Positions 27,740-41,700 of a stretch of DNA of 64,000 bases are shown piece after piece. The position numbers and the translations under genes were made by a program. This stretch comes from Eledone cirrhosa (lineage: Eukaryota), in the NCBI GenBank assembly GCA_964016885.1, contig OZ024741.1, forward strand, positions 24,924,001 through 24,988,000, in the 5' to 3' direction. Under the pieces are notes generated by a model. That model was not told where the DNA came from. It saw nothing but the letters and a program-made list of their open reading frames with translations, and ran no database searches. Each line of letters starts with the position of its first letter. Within the stretch, counting starts at the first letter, position 1.

Positions 27740-28300
27740 AGTGTCTTTTATTAGAAATATGGTAATGAAAGGGTTAAACAACATAGACAGTGTCTTTTAT
27801 TAAATATAGGGTAATGAAAGTGTTAAAAAACATAGACAGTGTCTTTTATTAGAAATATAATAATGAAAGGGTTAAACAACAGAAATATGGTAATGATATG
27901 GTTAAACAACACAGAGAGTGTCTTTTATTAGAAATATGATAATGAAAGGGTTAAAAAACATAGACAGTGTCTTGTATTAGAAATATGGTAATGAAAGGGT
28001 TAAACAACATAGACAGTGTCTTTTATTAGAAATATGGTAATGAAAGGGTTAAACAACATAGACAGTGTCTTTTATTAAATATAGGGTAATGAAAGTGTTA
28101 AAAAACATAGACAGTGTCTTTTATTAGAAATATAATAATGAAAGGGTTAAACAACAGAAATATGGTAATGATATGGTTAAACAACATAGAGAGTGTCTTT
28201 TATTAGAAATATGATAATGAAAGGGTTAAAAAACATAGACAGTGTCTTGTATTAGAAATATGGTAATGAAAGGGTTAAACAACATAGACAGTGTCTTTTA
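27740..28300. repeat. 6-monomer (275-bp) duplication containing one 30-bp truncated monomer
   Basis: Deletion junction AACAACAGAAATATGGTAATGATATGG at 27881 and 28156. Offset 275 = 6x49 - 19. Confidence 0.85.
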
Positions 28301-29389
28301 TTAGAAATATTGTAATGAAAGGGTTAAACAACATAGACAGTGTCTTTTATTAGAAATATGGTAATGAAAGTGTTAAACAACATAGACAGTGTCTTTTATT
28401 AGAAATACAACATAGACAGTGTGTTTTATTAGAAATATGGTAATGAAAGGGTTAAACAACATAGACAGTGTCTTTTATTAGAAATATGATAATGAAAGGG
28501 TTAAAAAACATAGACAGTGTCTTGTATTAGAAATATGGTAATGAAAGGGTTAAACAACATAGACAGTGTCTTTTATTAAAAATATGGTAATGAAAGGGTT
28601 AAACAACATAGACAGTGTCTTTTATTAGAAATATGATAATGAAAGGTTTAAACAACATAGAGAGTGTCTTTTATTAGATATAGGGTAATGAATGTGTTAA
28701 ACAACATAGACAGTGTCTTTTATTAGAAATATGGTAATGAAAGGGTTAAACAACATAGACAGTGTCTTTTATTAGAAATATGGTAATGAAAGGGTTAAAC
28801 AACATAGACAGTGTCTTTTATTAGAAATATGGTAATGAAAGGGTTAAACAACATAGTGTCTTTTATTAGAAATATGGTAATGAAAGGGTCAAACAACATA
28901 GACAGTGTCTTTTATTAGAAATATGGTAATGAAAGGGTTAAACAACATAGACAGTGTCTTTTATTAGAAATATGGTAATGAAAGGGTTAAACAACACAGA
29001 CAGTGTCTTTTATTGGAAATATGATAATGAAAGGGTTAAACAACATAGACAGTGTCTTTTATTAGAAATATGGTAATGAAAGGGTTAAACAACATGGACA
29101 GTGTCTTTTATTAGAAATATGGTAATGAAAGGGTTAAACAACATAGACAGTGTCTTTTATTAGAAATATGATAATGAAAGGGTTAAACAACATAGACAGT
29201 GTCTTTTATTAGATATAGGGTAATGAATGTGTTAAACAACATAGACAGTGTCTTTTATTAGAAATATGGTAATGAAAGGGTTAAACAACATAGACAGTGT
29301 CTTTTATTAGAAATATGGTAATGAAAGAGTTAAACAACATAGACAGTGTCTTTTATTAGAAATATGGTAATGAAAGGGTTAAACAACAT

Positions 29390-32300
29390 AGACAGTGTCT
29401 TTTATTGGAAATATGATAATGAAAGGGTTAAACAACATAGACAGTGTCTTTTATTAGAAATATGGTAATGAAAGGGTTAAACAACATAGATAGTGTCTTT
29501 CATTAGAAATATGGTAATGAAAGGGTTAAATTACATAGGCAGTGTCTTCTATTAGAAATATCATAATGAAAGGGTTAAACAACATAGACAGTGTCTTTTA
29601 TTAGAAATATGGTAATGAAAGTGTTAAACAACATAGACAGTGTCTTTTATTAGAAATATGGTAATGAAAGTGTTAAACAACATAGACAGTGTCTTTTATT
29701 AGAAATGTGGTAATGAAAGTGTTAAACAACATAGACAGTATCTTTTATTAGAAATGTGGTAATGAAAGTGTTAAACAACATAGACAGTATCTTTTATTAG
29801 AAATGTAGTAATGAAAGGGATAAAAAACATAGACAGTGTCTTTTATTAGAAATATGGTAATGAAAGTGTTAAACAACATAGACAGTGTCTTTTATTAGAA
29901 ATATGGTAATGAAAGGGTTAACAACATAGATAGTGTCTTTCATTAGAAATATGGTAATGAAAGGGTTAAACAACATGGACAGTGTCTTTTATTAGAAATA
30001 TGGTAATGAAAGGGTTAAACAACATAGACAGTGTCTTTTATTAGAAATATGATAATGAAAGGGTTAAACAACATAGACAGTGTCTTTTATTAGATATAGG
30101 GTAATGAATGTGTTAAACAACATAGACAGTGTCTTTTATTAGAAATATGGTAATGAAAGGGTTAAACAACATAGACAGTGTCTTTTATTAGAAATATGGT
30201 AATGAAAGAGTTAAACAACATAGACAGTGTCTTTTATTAGAAATATGGTAATGAAAGGGTTAAACAACATAGACAGTGTGTTTTATTAGACATATGGTAA
30301 TGAAAGGGTTAAACAACATAGACAGTGTCTTTTATTAGATATAGGGTAATGAAAGTGTTAAACAACATAGACAGTGTCTTGTATTAGAAATATGGTAATG
30401 AAAGTGTTGAACAACATAGACAGTGTCTTTTATTAGAAATATGGTAATGAAAGGGTTAAACAACATAGACAGTGTCTTTTATTAGAAATATGGTAATGAA
30501 AGGGTTAAACAACATAGACAGTGTCTTTTATTAGAAATATGGTAATGAAAGATTTAAACAACATAGACAGTGTGTTTTATTAGAAATATGGTAATGAAAG
30601 GGTTAAACAACATGGACAGTGTGTTTTATTAGAAATATGGTAATGAAAGGGTTAAACAACATAGACAGTGTCTTTTATTGGAAATATGATAATGAAAGGG
30701 TTAAACAACATAGACAGTGTCTTTTATTAGAAATATGGTAATGAAAGGGTTAAACAACATAGATAGTGTCTTTCATTAGAAATATGGTAATGAAAGGGTT
30801 AAATTACATAGGCAGTGTCTTCTATTAGAAATATCATAATGAAAGGGTTAAACAACATAGACAGTGTCTTTTATTAGAAATATGGTAATGAAAGTGTTAA
30901 ACAACATAGACAGTGTCTTTTATTAGAAATATGGTAATGAAAGTGTTAAACAACATAGACAGTGTCTTTTATTAGAAATGTGGTAATGAAAGTGTTAAAC
31001 AACATAGACAGTATCTTTTATTAGAAATGTGGTAATGAAAGTGTTAAACAACATAGACAGTATCTTTTATTAGAAATGTGGTAATGAAAGGGATAAAAAA
31101 CATAGACAGTGTCTTTTATTAGAAATATGGTAATGAAAGTGTTAAACAACATAGACAGTGTCTTTTATTAGAAATATGGTAATGAAAGGGTTAAACAACA
31201 TAGATAGTGTCTTTCATTAGAAATATGGTAATGAAAGGGTTAAATTACATAGGCAGTGTCTTCTATTAGAAATATGATAATGAAAGGGTTAAACAACATA
31301 GACAGTGTCTTTTATTAGAAATATGGTAATGAAAGTGTTAAACAACATAGACAGTGTCTTTTATTAGAAATATGGTAATGAAAGTGTTAAACAACATAGA
31401 CAGTGTCTTTTATTAGAAATGTGGTAATGAAAGTGTTAAACAACATAGACAGTATCTTTTATTAGAAATGTGGTAATGAAAGGGTTAAACAACATAGACA
31501 GTGTCTTTTATTAGAAATGTGGTAATGAAAGGGTTAAACAACATAGACAGTGTCTTTTATTAAAAATATGGTAATGAAAGGGTTAAACAACATAGACAGT
31601 GTCTTTTATTAGAAATATGGTAATGAAAGGGTTAAACAACATAGACAGTGTCTTTTATTAGAAATATGGTAATGAAAGGGTTAAACAACATAGACAGTGT
31701 CTTTTATTAGAAATATGGTAATGAAAGGGTTAAACAACATAGACAGTGTCTTTTATTAGAAATAGGGTAATGAAAGGGTTAAACAACATAGACAGTGTCT
31801 TTTATTAGAAATATGATAATGAAAGGGTTAAACAACATAGACAGTGTCTGTTATTAGAAATATGGTAATGAAAGAGTTAAACAACATAGACAGTGTCTTT
31901 TATTAGAAATATGGTAATGAAAGGGTTAAACAACATAGACAGTGTGTTTTGTTAGACATATGGTAATGAAAGGGTTAAACAACATAGACAGTGTCTTTTA
32001 TTAGATATAGGGTAATGAAAGTGTTAAACAACATAGACAGTGTCTTTTATTAGAAATATGGTAATGAAAGGGTTAAACAACATAGACAGTGTCTTTTATT
32101 AGAAATATGGTAATGAAAGGGTTAAACAACATAGACAGTGTCTTTTATTAGATATAGGGTAATGAATGTGTTAAACAACATAGACAGTGTCTTTTATTAG
32201 AAATATGGTAATGAAAGGGTTAAACAACATAGACAGTGTCTTTTATTAGAAATATGGTAATGAAAGGGTTAAACAACATGGACAGTGTCTTTTATTAGAA

Positions 32301-35300
32301 ATATGGTAATGAAAGGGTTAAACAACATAGACAGTGTCTTTTATTAGAAATATGATAATGAAAGGGTTAAACAACATGGACAGTGTCTTTTATTAGAAAT
32401 ATGGTAATGAAAGGGTTAAACAACATAGACAGTGTCTTTTATTAGAAATATGATAATGAAACGGTTAAACAACATAGACAGTGTCTTTTATTAGATATAG
32501 GGTAATGAATGTGTTAAACAACATAGACAGTGTCTTTTATTAGAAATATGGTAATGAAAGGGTTAAACAACATAGACAGTGTCTTTTATTAGAAATATGG
32601 TAATGAAAGAGTTAAACAACATAGACAGTGTCTTTTATTAGAAATATGGTAATGAAAGGGTTAAACAACATAGACAGTGTGTTTTATTAGACATATGGTA
32701 ATGAAAGGGTTAAACAACATAGACAGTGTCTTTTATTAGATATAGGGTAATGAAAGTGTTAAACAACATAGACAGTGTCTTGTATTAGAAATATGGTAAT
32801 GAAAGTGTTGAACAACATAGACAGTGTCTTTTATTAGAAATATGGTAATGAAAGGGTTAAACAACATAGACAGTGTCTTTTATTAGAAATATGGTAATGA
32901 AAGGGTTAAACAACATAGACAGTGTCTTTTATTAGAAATATGGTAATGAAAGGTTTAAACAACATAGACAGTGTGTTTTATTAGAAATATGGTAATGAAA
33001 GGGTTAAACAACATAGACAGTGTCTTTTATTAGAAATATGGTAATGAAAGGGTTAAACAACATAGACAGTGTCTTTTATTAGAAATATGGTAATGAAAGA
33101 TTTAAACAATATAGACAGTGTGTTTTATTAGAAATATGGTAATGAAAGGGTTAAACAACATGGACAGTGTCTTTTATTAGAAATATGATAATGAAAGGTT
33201 TAAAAAACATAGACAGTGTCTTGTATTAGAAATATGGTAATGAAAGGGTTAAACAACATAGACAGTGTCTTTTATTAGAAATATGGTAATGAAAGGGTTA
33301 AACAACATAGACAGTGTCTTTTATTAGAAATATGGTAATGAAAGGGTTAAACAACATAGACAATGTCTTTTATTAGAAATATGGTAATGAAAGGTTTAAA
33401 CAACATAGACAGTGTCTTTTATTAGAAATATGGTAATGAAAGGGTTAAACAACATAGACAGTGTCTTTTATTGGAAATATGATAATGAAAGGGTTAAACA
33501 ACATAGACAGTGTCTTTTATTAGAAATATGGTAATGAAAGTGTTAAACAACATAGACAGTGTCTTTTATTAGAAATATGGTAATGAAAGTGTTAAACAAC
33601 ATAGACAGTGTCTTTTATTAGAAAGGTGGTAATGAAAGTGTTAAACAACATAGACAGTATCTTTTATTAGAAATGTGGTAATGAAAGTGTTAAACAACAT
33701 AGACAGTATCTTTTATTAGGAATGTGGTAATGAAAGGGATAAAAAACATAGACAGTGTCTTTTATTAGAAATATGGTAATGAAAGTGTTAAACAACATAG
33801 ACAGTGTCTTTTATTAGAAATATGGTAATGAAAGGGTTAAACAACATATATAGTGTCTTTCATTAGAAATATGGTAATGAAAGGGTTAAATTACATAGGC
33901 AGTGTCTTCTATTAGAAATATGAAAATGAAAGGGTTAAACAACATAGACAGTGTCTTTTATTAGAAATATGGTAATGAAAGTGTTAAACAACATAGACAG
34001 TGTCTTTTATTGGAAATATGGTAATGAAAGGGTTAAACAACATAGACAGTGTCTTTTATTAGATATAGGGTAATGAAAGTGTTAAACAACATAGACAGTG
34101 TCTTTTATTGGAAATATGATAATGAAAGGGTTAAACAACATAGACAGTGTCTTTTATTAGAAATATGGTAATGAAAGGGTTAAACAACATAGATAGTGTC
34201 TTTCATTAGAAATATGGTAATGAAAGGGTTAAATTACATAGGCAGTGTCTTCTATTAGAAATATCATAATGAAAGGGTTAAACAACATAGACAGTGTCTT
34301 TTATTAGAAATATGGTAATGAAAGTGTTAAACAACATAGACAGTGTCTTTTATTAGAAATATGGTAATGAAAGTGTTAAACAACATAGACAGTGTCTTTT
34401 ATTAGAAATGTGGTAATGAAAGTGTTAAACAACATAGACAGTATCTTTTATTAGAAATGTGGTAATGAAAGTGTTAAACAACATAGACAGTATCTTTTAT
34501 TAGAAATGTAGTAATGAAAGGGATAAAAAACATAGACAGTGTCTTTTATTAGAAATATGGTAATGAAAGTGTTAAACAACATAGACAGTGTCTTTTATTA
34601 GAAATATGGTAATGAAAGGGTTAACAACATAGATAGTGTCTTTCATTAGAAATATGGTAATGAAAGGGTTAAACAACATGGACAGTGTCTTTTATTAGAA
34701 ATATGGTAATGAAAGGGTTAAACAACATAGACAGTGTCTTTTATTAGAAATATGATAATGAAAGGGTTAAACAACATAGACAGTGTCTTTTATTAGATAT
34801 AGGGTAATGAATGTGTTAAACAACATAGACAGTGTCTTTTATTAGAAATATGGTAATGAAAGGGTTAAACAACATAGACAGTGTCTTTTATTAGAAATAT
34901 GGTAATGAAAGAGTTAAACAACATAGACAGTGTCTTTTATTAGAAATATGGTAATGAAAGGGTTAAACAACATAGACAGTGTGTTTTATTAGACATATGG
35001 TAATGAAAGGGTTAAACAACATAGACAGTGTCTTTTATTAGATATAGGGTAATGAAAGTGTTAAACAACATAGACAGTGTCTTGTATTAGAAATATGGTA
35101 ATGAAAGTGTTGAACAACATAGACAGTGTCTTTTATTAGAAATATGGTAATGAAAGGGTTAAACAACATAGACAGTGTCTTTTATTAGAAATATGGTAAT
35201 GAAAGGGTTAAACAACATAGACAGTGTCTTTTATTAGAAATATGGTAATGAAAGATTTAAACAACATAGACAGTGTGTTTTATTAGAAATATGGTAATGA

Positions 35301-38300
35301 AAGGGTTAAACAACATGGACAGTGTGTTTTATTAGAAATATGGTAATGAAAGGGTTAAACAACATAGACAGTGTCTTTTATTGGAAATATGATAATGAAA
35401 GGGTTAAACAACATAGACAGTGTCTTTTATTAGAAATATGGTAATGAAAGGGTTAAACAACATAGATAGTGTCTTTCATTAGAAATATGGTAATGAAAGG
35501 GTTAAATTACATAGGCAGTGTCTTCTATTAGAAATATCATAATGAAAGGGTTAAACAACATAGACAGTGTCTTTTATTAGAAATATGGTAATGAAAGTGT
35601 TAAACAACATAGACAGTGTCTTTTATTAGAAATATGGTAATGAAAGTGTTAAACAACATAGACAGTGTCTTTTATTAGAAATGTGGTAATGAAAGTGTTA
35701 AACAACATAGACAGTATCTTTTATTAGAAATGTGGTAATGAAAGTGTTAAACAACATAGACAGTATCTTTTATTAGAAATGTGGTAATGAAAGGGATAAA
35801 AAACATAGACAGTGTCTTTTATTAGAAATATGGTAATGAAAGTGTTAAACAACATAGACAGTGTCTTTTATTAGAAATATGGTAATGAAAGGGTTAAACA
35901 ACATAGATAGTGTCTTTCATTAGAAATATGGTAATGAAAGGGTTAAATTACATAGGCAGTGTCTTCTATTAGAAATATGATAATGAAAGGGTTAAACAAC
36001 ATAGACAGTGTCTTTTATTAGAAATATGGTAATGAAAGTGTTAAACAACATAGACAGTGTCTTTTATTAGAAATATGGTAATGAAAGTGTTAAACAACAT
36101 AGACAGTGTCTTTTATTAGAAATGTGGTAATGAAAGTGTTAAACAACATAGACAGTATCTTTTATTAGAAATGTGGTAATGAAAGGGTTAAACAACATAG
36201 ACAGTGTCTTTTATTAGAAATGTGGTAATGAAAGGGTTAAACAACATAGACAGTGTCTTTTATTAAAAATATGGTAATGAAAGGGTTAAACAACATAGAC
36301 AGTGTCTTTTATTAGAAATATGGTAATGAAAGGGTTAAACAACATAGACAGTGTCTTTTATTAGAAATATGGTAATGAAAGGGTTAAACAACATAGACAG
36401 TGTCTTTTATTAGAAATATGGTAATGAAAGGGTTAAACAACATAGACAGTGTCTTTTATTAGAAATAGGGTAATGAAAGGGTTAAACAACATAGACAGTG
36501 TCTTTTATTAGAAATATGATAATGAAAGGGTTAAACAACATAGACAGTGTCTGTTATTAGAAATATGGTAATGAAAGAGTTAAACAACATAGACAGTGTC
36601 TTTTATTAGAAATATGGTAATGAAAGGGTTAAACAACATAGACAGTGTGTTTTGTTAGACATATGGTAATGAAAGGGTTAAACAACATAGACAGTGTCTT
36701 TTATTAGATATAGGGTAATGAAAGTGTTAAACAACATAGACAGTGTCTTTTATTAGAAATATGGTAATGAAAGGGTTAAACAACATAGACAGTGTCTTTT
36801 ATTAGAAATATGGTAATGAAAGGGTTAAACAACATAGACAGTGTCTTTTATTAGATATAGGGTAATGAATGTGTTAAACAACATAGACAGTGTCTTTTAT
36901 TAGAAATATGGTAATGAAAGGGTTAAACAACATAGACAGTGTCTTTTATTAGAAATATGGTAATGAAAGGGTTAAACAACATGGACAGTGTCTTTTATTA
37001 GAAATATGGTAATGAAAGGGTTAAACAACATAGACAGTGTCTTTTATTAGAAATATGATAATGAAAGGGTTAAACAACATGGACAGTGTCTTTTATTAGA
37101 AATATGGTAATGAAAGGGTTAAACAACATAGACAGTGTCTTTTATTAGAAATATGATAATGAAACGGTTAAACAACATAGACAGTGTCTTTTATTAGATA
37201 TAGGGTAATGAATGTGTTAAACAACATAGACAGTGTCTTTTATTAGAAATATGGTAATGAAAGGGTTAAACAACATAGACAGTGTCTTTTATTAGAAATA
37301 TGGTAATGAAAGAGTTAAACAACATAGACAGTGTCTTTTATTAGAAATATGGTAATGAAAGGGTTAAACAACATAGACAGTGTGTTTTATTAGACATATG
37401 GTAATGAAAGGGTTAAACAACATAGACAGTGTCTTTTATTAGATATAGGGTAATGAAAGTGTTAAACAACATAGACAGTGTCTTGTATTAGAAATATGGT
37501 AATGAAAGTGTTGAACAACATAGACAGTGTCTTTTATTAGAAATATGGTAATGAAAGGGTTAAACAACATAGACAGTGTCTTTTATTAGAAATATGGTAA
37601 TGAAAGGGTTAAACAACATAGACAGTGTCTTTTATTAGAAATATGGTAATGAAAGGTTTAAACAACATAGACAGTGTGTTTTATTAGAAATATGGTAATG
37701 AAAGGGTTAAACAACATAGACAGTGTCTTTTATTAGAAATATGGTAATGAAAGGGTTAAACAACATAGACAGTGTCTTTTATTAGAAATATGGTAATGAA
37801 AGATTTAAACAATATAGACAGTGTGTTTTATTAGAAATATGGTAATGAAAGGGTTAAACAACATGGACAGTGTCTTTTATTAGAAATATGATAATGAAAG
37901 GTTTAAAAAACATAGACAGTGTCTTGTATTAGAAATATGGTAATGAAAGGGTTAAACAACATAGACAGTGTCTTTTATTAGAAATATGGTAATGAAAGGG
38001 TTAAACAACATAGACAGTGTCTTTTATTAGAAATATGGTAATGAAAGGGTTAAACAACATAGACAATGTCTTTTATTAGAAATATGGTAATGAAAGGTTT
38101 AAACAACATAGACAGTGTCTTTTATTAGAAATATGGTAATGAAAGGGTTAAACAACATAGACAGTGTCTTTTATTGGAAATATGATAATGAAAGGGTTAA
38201 ACAACATAGACAGTGTCTTTTATTAGAAATATGGTAATGAAAGTGTTAAACAACATAGACAGTGTCTTTTATTAGAAATATGGTAATGAAAGTGTTAAAC

Positions 38301-38710
38301 AACATAGACAGTGTCTTTTATTAGAAAGGTGGTAATGAAAGTGTTAAACAACATAGACAGTATCTTTTATTAGAAATGTGGTAATGAAAGTGTTAAACAA
38401 CATAGACAGTATCTTTTATTAGGAATGTGGTAATGAAAGGGATAAAAAACATAGACAGTGTCTTTTATTAGAAATATGGTAATGAAAGTGTTAAACAACA
38501 TAGACAGTGTCTTTTATTAGAAATATGGTAATGAAAGGGTTAAACAACATATATAGTGTCTTTCATTAGAAATATGGTAATGAAAGGGTTAAATTACATA
38601 GGCAGTGTCTTCTATTAGAAATATGAAAATGAAAGGGTTAAACAACATAGACAGTGTCTTTTATTAGAAATATGGTAATGAAAGTGTTAAACAACATAGA
38701 CAGTGTCTTT
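29390..38710. repeat. 96-monomer (4703-bp) higher-order duplication x2
   Basis: 1-bp deletion GTTAAC at 29917/34620. AAATTACATAGGC at 29531/34234, 30804/35507, 31245/35948, 33891/38594. GAAACGG 32462/37165. AACAATATAG 33110/37813. All offsets are 4703 = 96x49 - 1. Confidence 0.92.
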
Positions 38711-41700
38711 TATTAGAAATATGGTAATGAAAGTGTTAAACAACATAGACAGTGTCTTTTATTAGAAATGTGGTAATGAAAGTGTTAAACAACATAGACA
38801 GTATCTTTTATTAGAAATGTGGTAATGAAAGGGTTAAACAACATAGACAGTGTCTTTTATTAGAAATGTGGTAATGAAAGGGTTAAACAACATAGACAGT
38901 GTCTTTTATTAGAAATATGGTAATGAAAGGGTTAAACAACATAGACAGTGTCTGTTATTAGAAATATGGTAATTAAAGAGTTAAACAACATAGACAGTGT
39001 CTTTTATTAGAAATATGGTAATGAAAGGGTTAAACAACATAGACAGTGTGTTTTGTTAGACATATGGTAATGAAAGGGTTAAACAACATAGACAGTGTCT
39101 TTTATTAGATATAGGGTAATGAAAGTGTTAAACAACATAGACAGTGTCTTTTATTAGAAATATGGTAATGAAAGGGTTAAACAACATAGACAGTGTCTTT
39201 TATTAGAAATATGGTAATGAAAGGGTTAAACAACATAGACAGTGTCTTTTATTAGATATAGGGTAATGAATGTGTTAAACAACATAGACAGTGTCTTTTA
39301 TTAGAAATATGGTAATGAAAGGGTTAAACAACATAGACAGTGTCTTTTATTAGAAATATGGTAATGAAAGGGTTAAACAACATAGACAGTGTCTTTTATT
39401 AGATATAGGGTAATGAAAGGGTTAAACAACATAGACAGTGTCTTTTATTAGAAATATGGTAATGAAAGGGTTAAACAACATATACAGTGTCTTTTATTAG
39501 AAATATGGTAATGAAAGGGTTAAACAACATAGACAGTGTCTTTTATTGGAAATATGATAATGAAAGGGTTAAACAACATAGACAGTGTCTTTTATTAGAA
39601 ATATGGTAATGAAAGCGTTAAACAACATGGACAGTGTCTTTTATTAGAAATATGGTAATGAAAGGGTTAAACAACATAGACAGTGTCTTTTATTAGAAAT
39701 ATGGTAATGAAAGGGTTAAACAACATAGACAGTGTGTTTTATTAGACATATGGTAATGAAAGGGTTAAACAACATAGACAGTGTCTTTTATTAGATATAG
39801 GGTAATGAAAGTGTTAAACAACATAGACAGTGTCTTGTATTAGAAATATGGTAATGAAAGTGTTGAACAACATAGACAGTGTCTTTTATTAGAAATATGG
39901 TAATGAAAGGGTTAAACAACATAGACAGTGTCTTTTATTAGAAATATGGTAATGAAAGGGTTAAACAACATAGACAGTGTCTTTTATTAGAAATATGGTA
40001 ATGAAAGGTTTAAACAACATAGACAGTGTGTTTTATTAGAAATATGGTAATGAAAGGGTTAAACAACATGGACAGTGTCTTTTATTACAAATATGATAAT
40101 GAAAGGGTTAAAAAACATAGACAGTGTCTTGTATTAGAAATATGGTAATGAAAGGGTTAAACAACATAGACAGTGTCTTTTATTAGAAATATGGTAATGA
40201 AAGGGTTAAACAACATAGACAGTGTCTTTTATTAGAAATATGGTAATGAAAGGGTTAAACAACATAGACAATGTCTTTTATTAGAAATATGGTAATGAAA
40301 GGGTTAAACAACATAGACAGTGTCTTTTATTAGAAATATGGTAATGAAAGGGTTAAACGACATAGACAGTGTCTTTTATTGGAAATATGATAATGAAAGG
40401 GTTAAACAACATAGACAGTGTCTTTTATTAGAAATATGGTAATGAAAGGGTTAAACAACATAGATAGTGTCTTTCATTAGAAATATGGTAATGAAAGGGT
40501 TAAATTACATAGGCAGTGTCTTCTATTAGAAATATCATAATGAAAGGGTTAAACAACATAGACAGTGTCTTTTATTAGAAATATGGTAATGAAAGTGTTA
40601 AACAACATAGACAGTGTCTTTTATTAGAAATATGGTAATGAAAGTGTTAAACAACATAGACAGTGTCTTTTATTAGAAATGTGGTAATGAAAGTGTTAAA
40701 CAACATAGACAGTATCTTTTATTAGAAATGTGGTAATGAAAGGGTTAAACAACATAGACAGTGTCTTTTATTAGAAATGTGGTAATGAAAGGGTTAAACA
40801 ACATAGACAGTGGCTTTTATTAGAAATATGGTAATGAAAGGGTTAAACAACATAGACAGTGTCTGTTATTAGAAATATGGTAATTAAAGAGTTAAACAAC
40901 ATAGACAGTGTCTTTTATTAGATATAGGGTAATGAAAGTGTTAAACAACATAGACAGTGTCTTTTATTAGAAATATGGTAATGAAAGGGTTAAACAACAT
41001 AGACAGTGTCTTTTATTAGAAATATGGTAATGAAAGGGTTAAACAACATAGACAGTGTCTTTTATTAGATATAGGGTAATGAATGTGTTAAACAACATAG
41101 ACAGTGTCTTTTATTAGAAATATGGTAATGAAAGGGTTAAACAACATAGACAGTGTCTTTTATTAGAAATATGGTAATGAAAGGGTTAAACAACATAGAC
41201 AGTGTCTTTTATTAGATATAGGGTAATGAAAGGGTTAAACAACATAGACAGTGTCTTTTATTAGAAATATGGTAATGAAAGGGTTAAACAACATATACAG
41301 TGTCTTTTATTAGAAATATGGTAATGAAAGGGTTAAACAACATAGACAGTGTCTTTTATTGGAAATATGATAATGAAAGGGTTAAACAACATAGACAGTG
41401 TCTTTTATTAGAAATATGGTAATGAAAGGGTTAAACAACATGGACAGTGTCTTTTATTAGAAATATGGTAATGAAAGGGTTAAACAACATAGACAGTGTC
41501 TTTTATTAGAAATATGATAATGAAAGGGTTAAACAACATAGACAGTGTCTTTTATTAGATATAGGGTAATGAAAGGGTTAAACAACATGGACAGTGTCTT
41601 TTATTAGAAATATGATAATGAAAGGTTTAAAAAACATAGACAGTGTCTTGTATTAGAAATATGGTAATGAAAGGGTTAAACAACATAGACAGTGTCTTTT

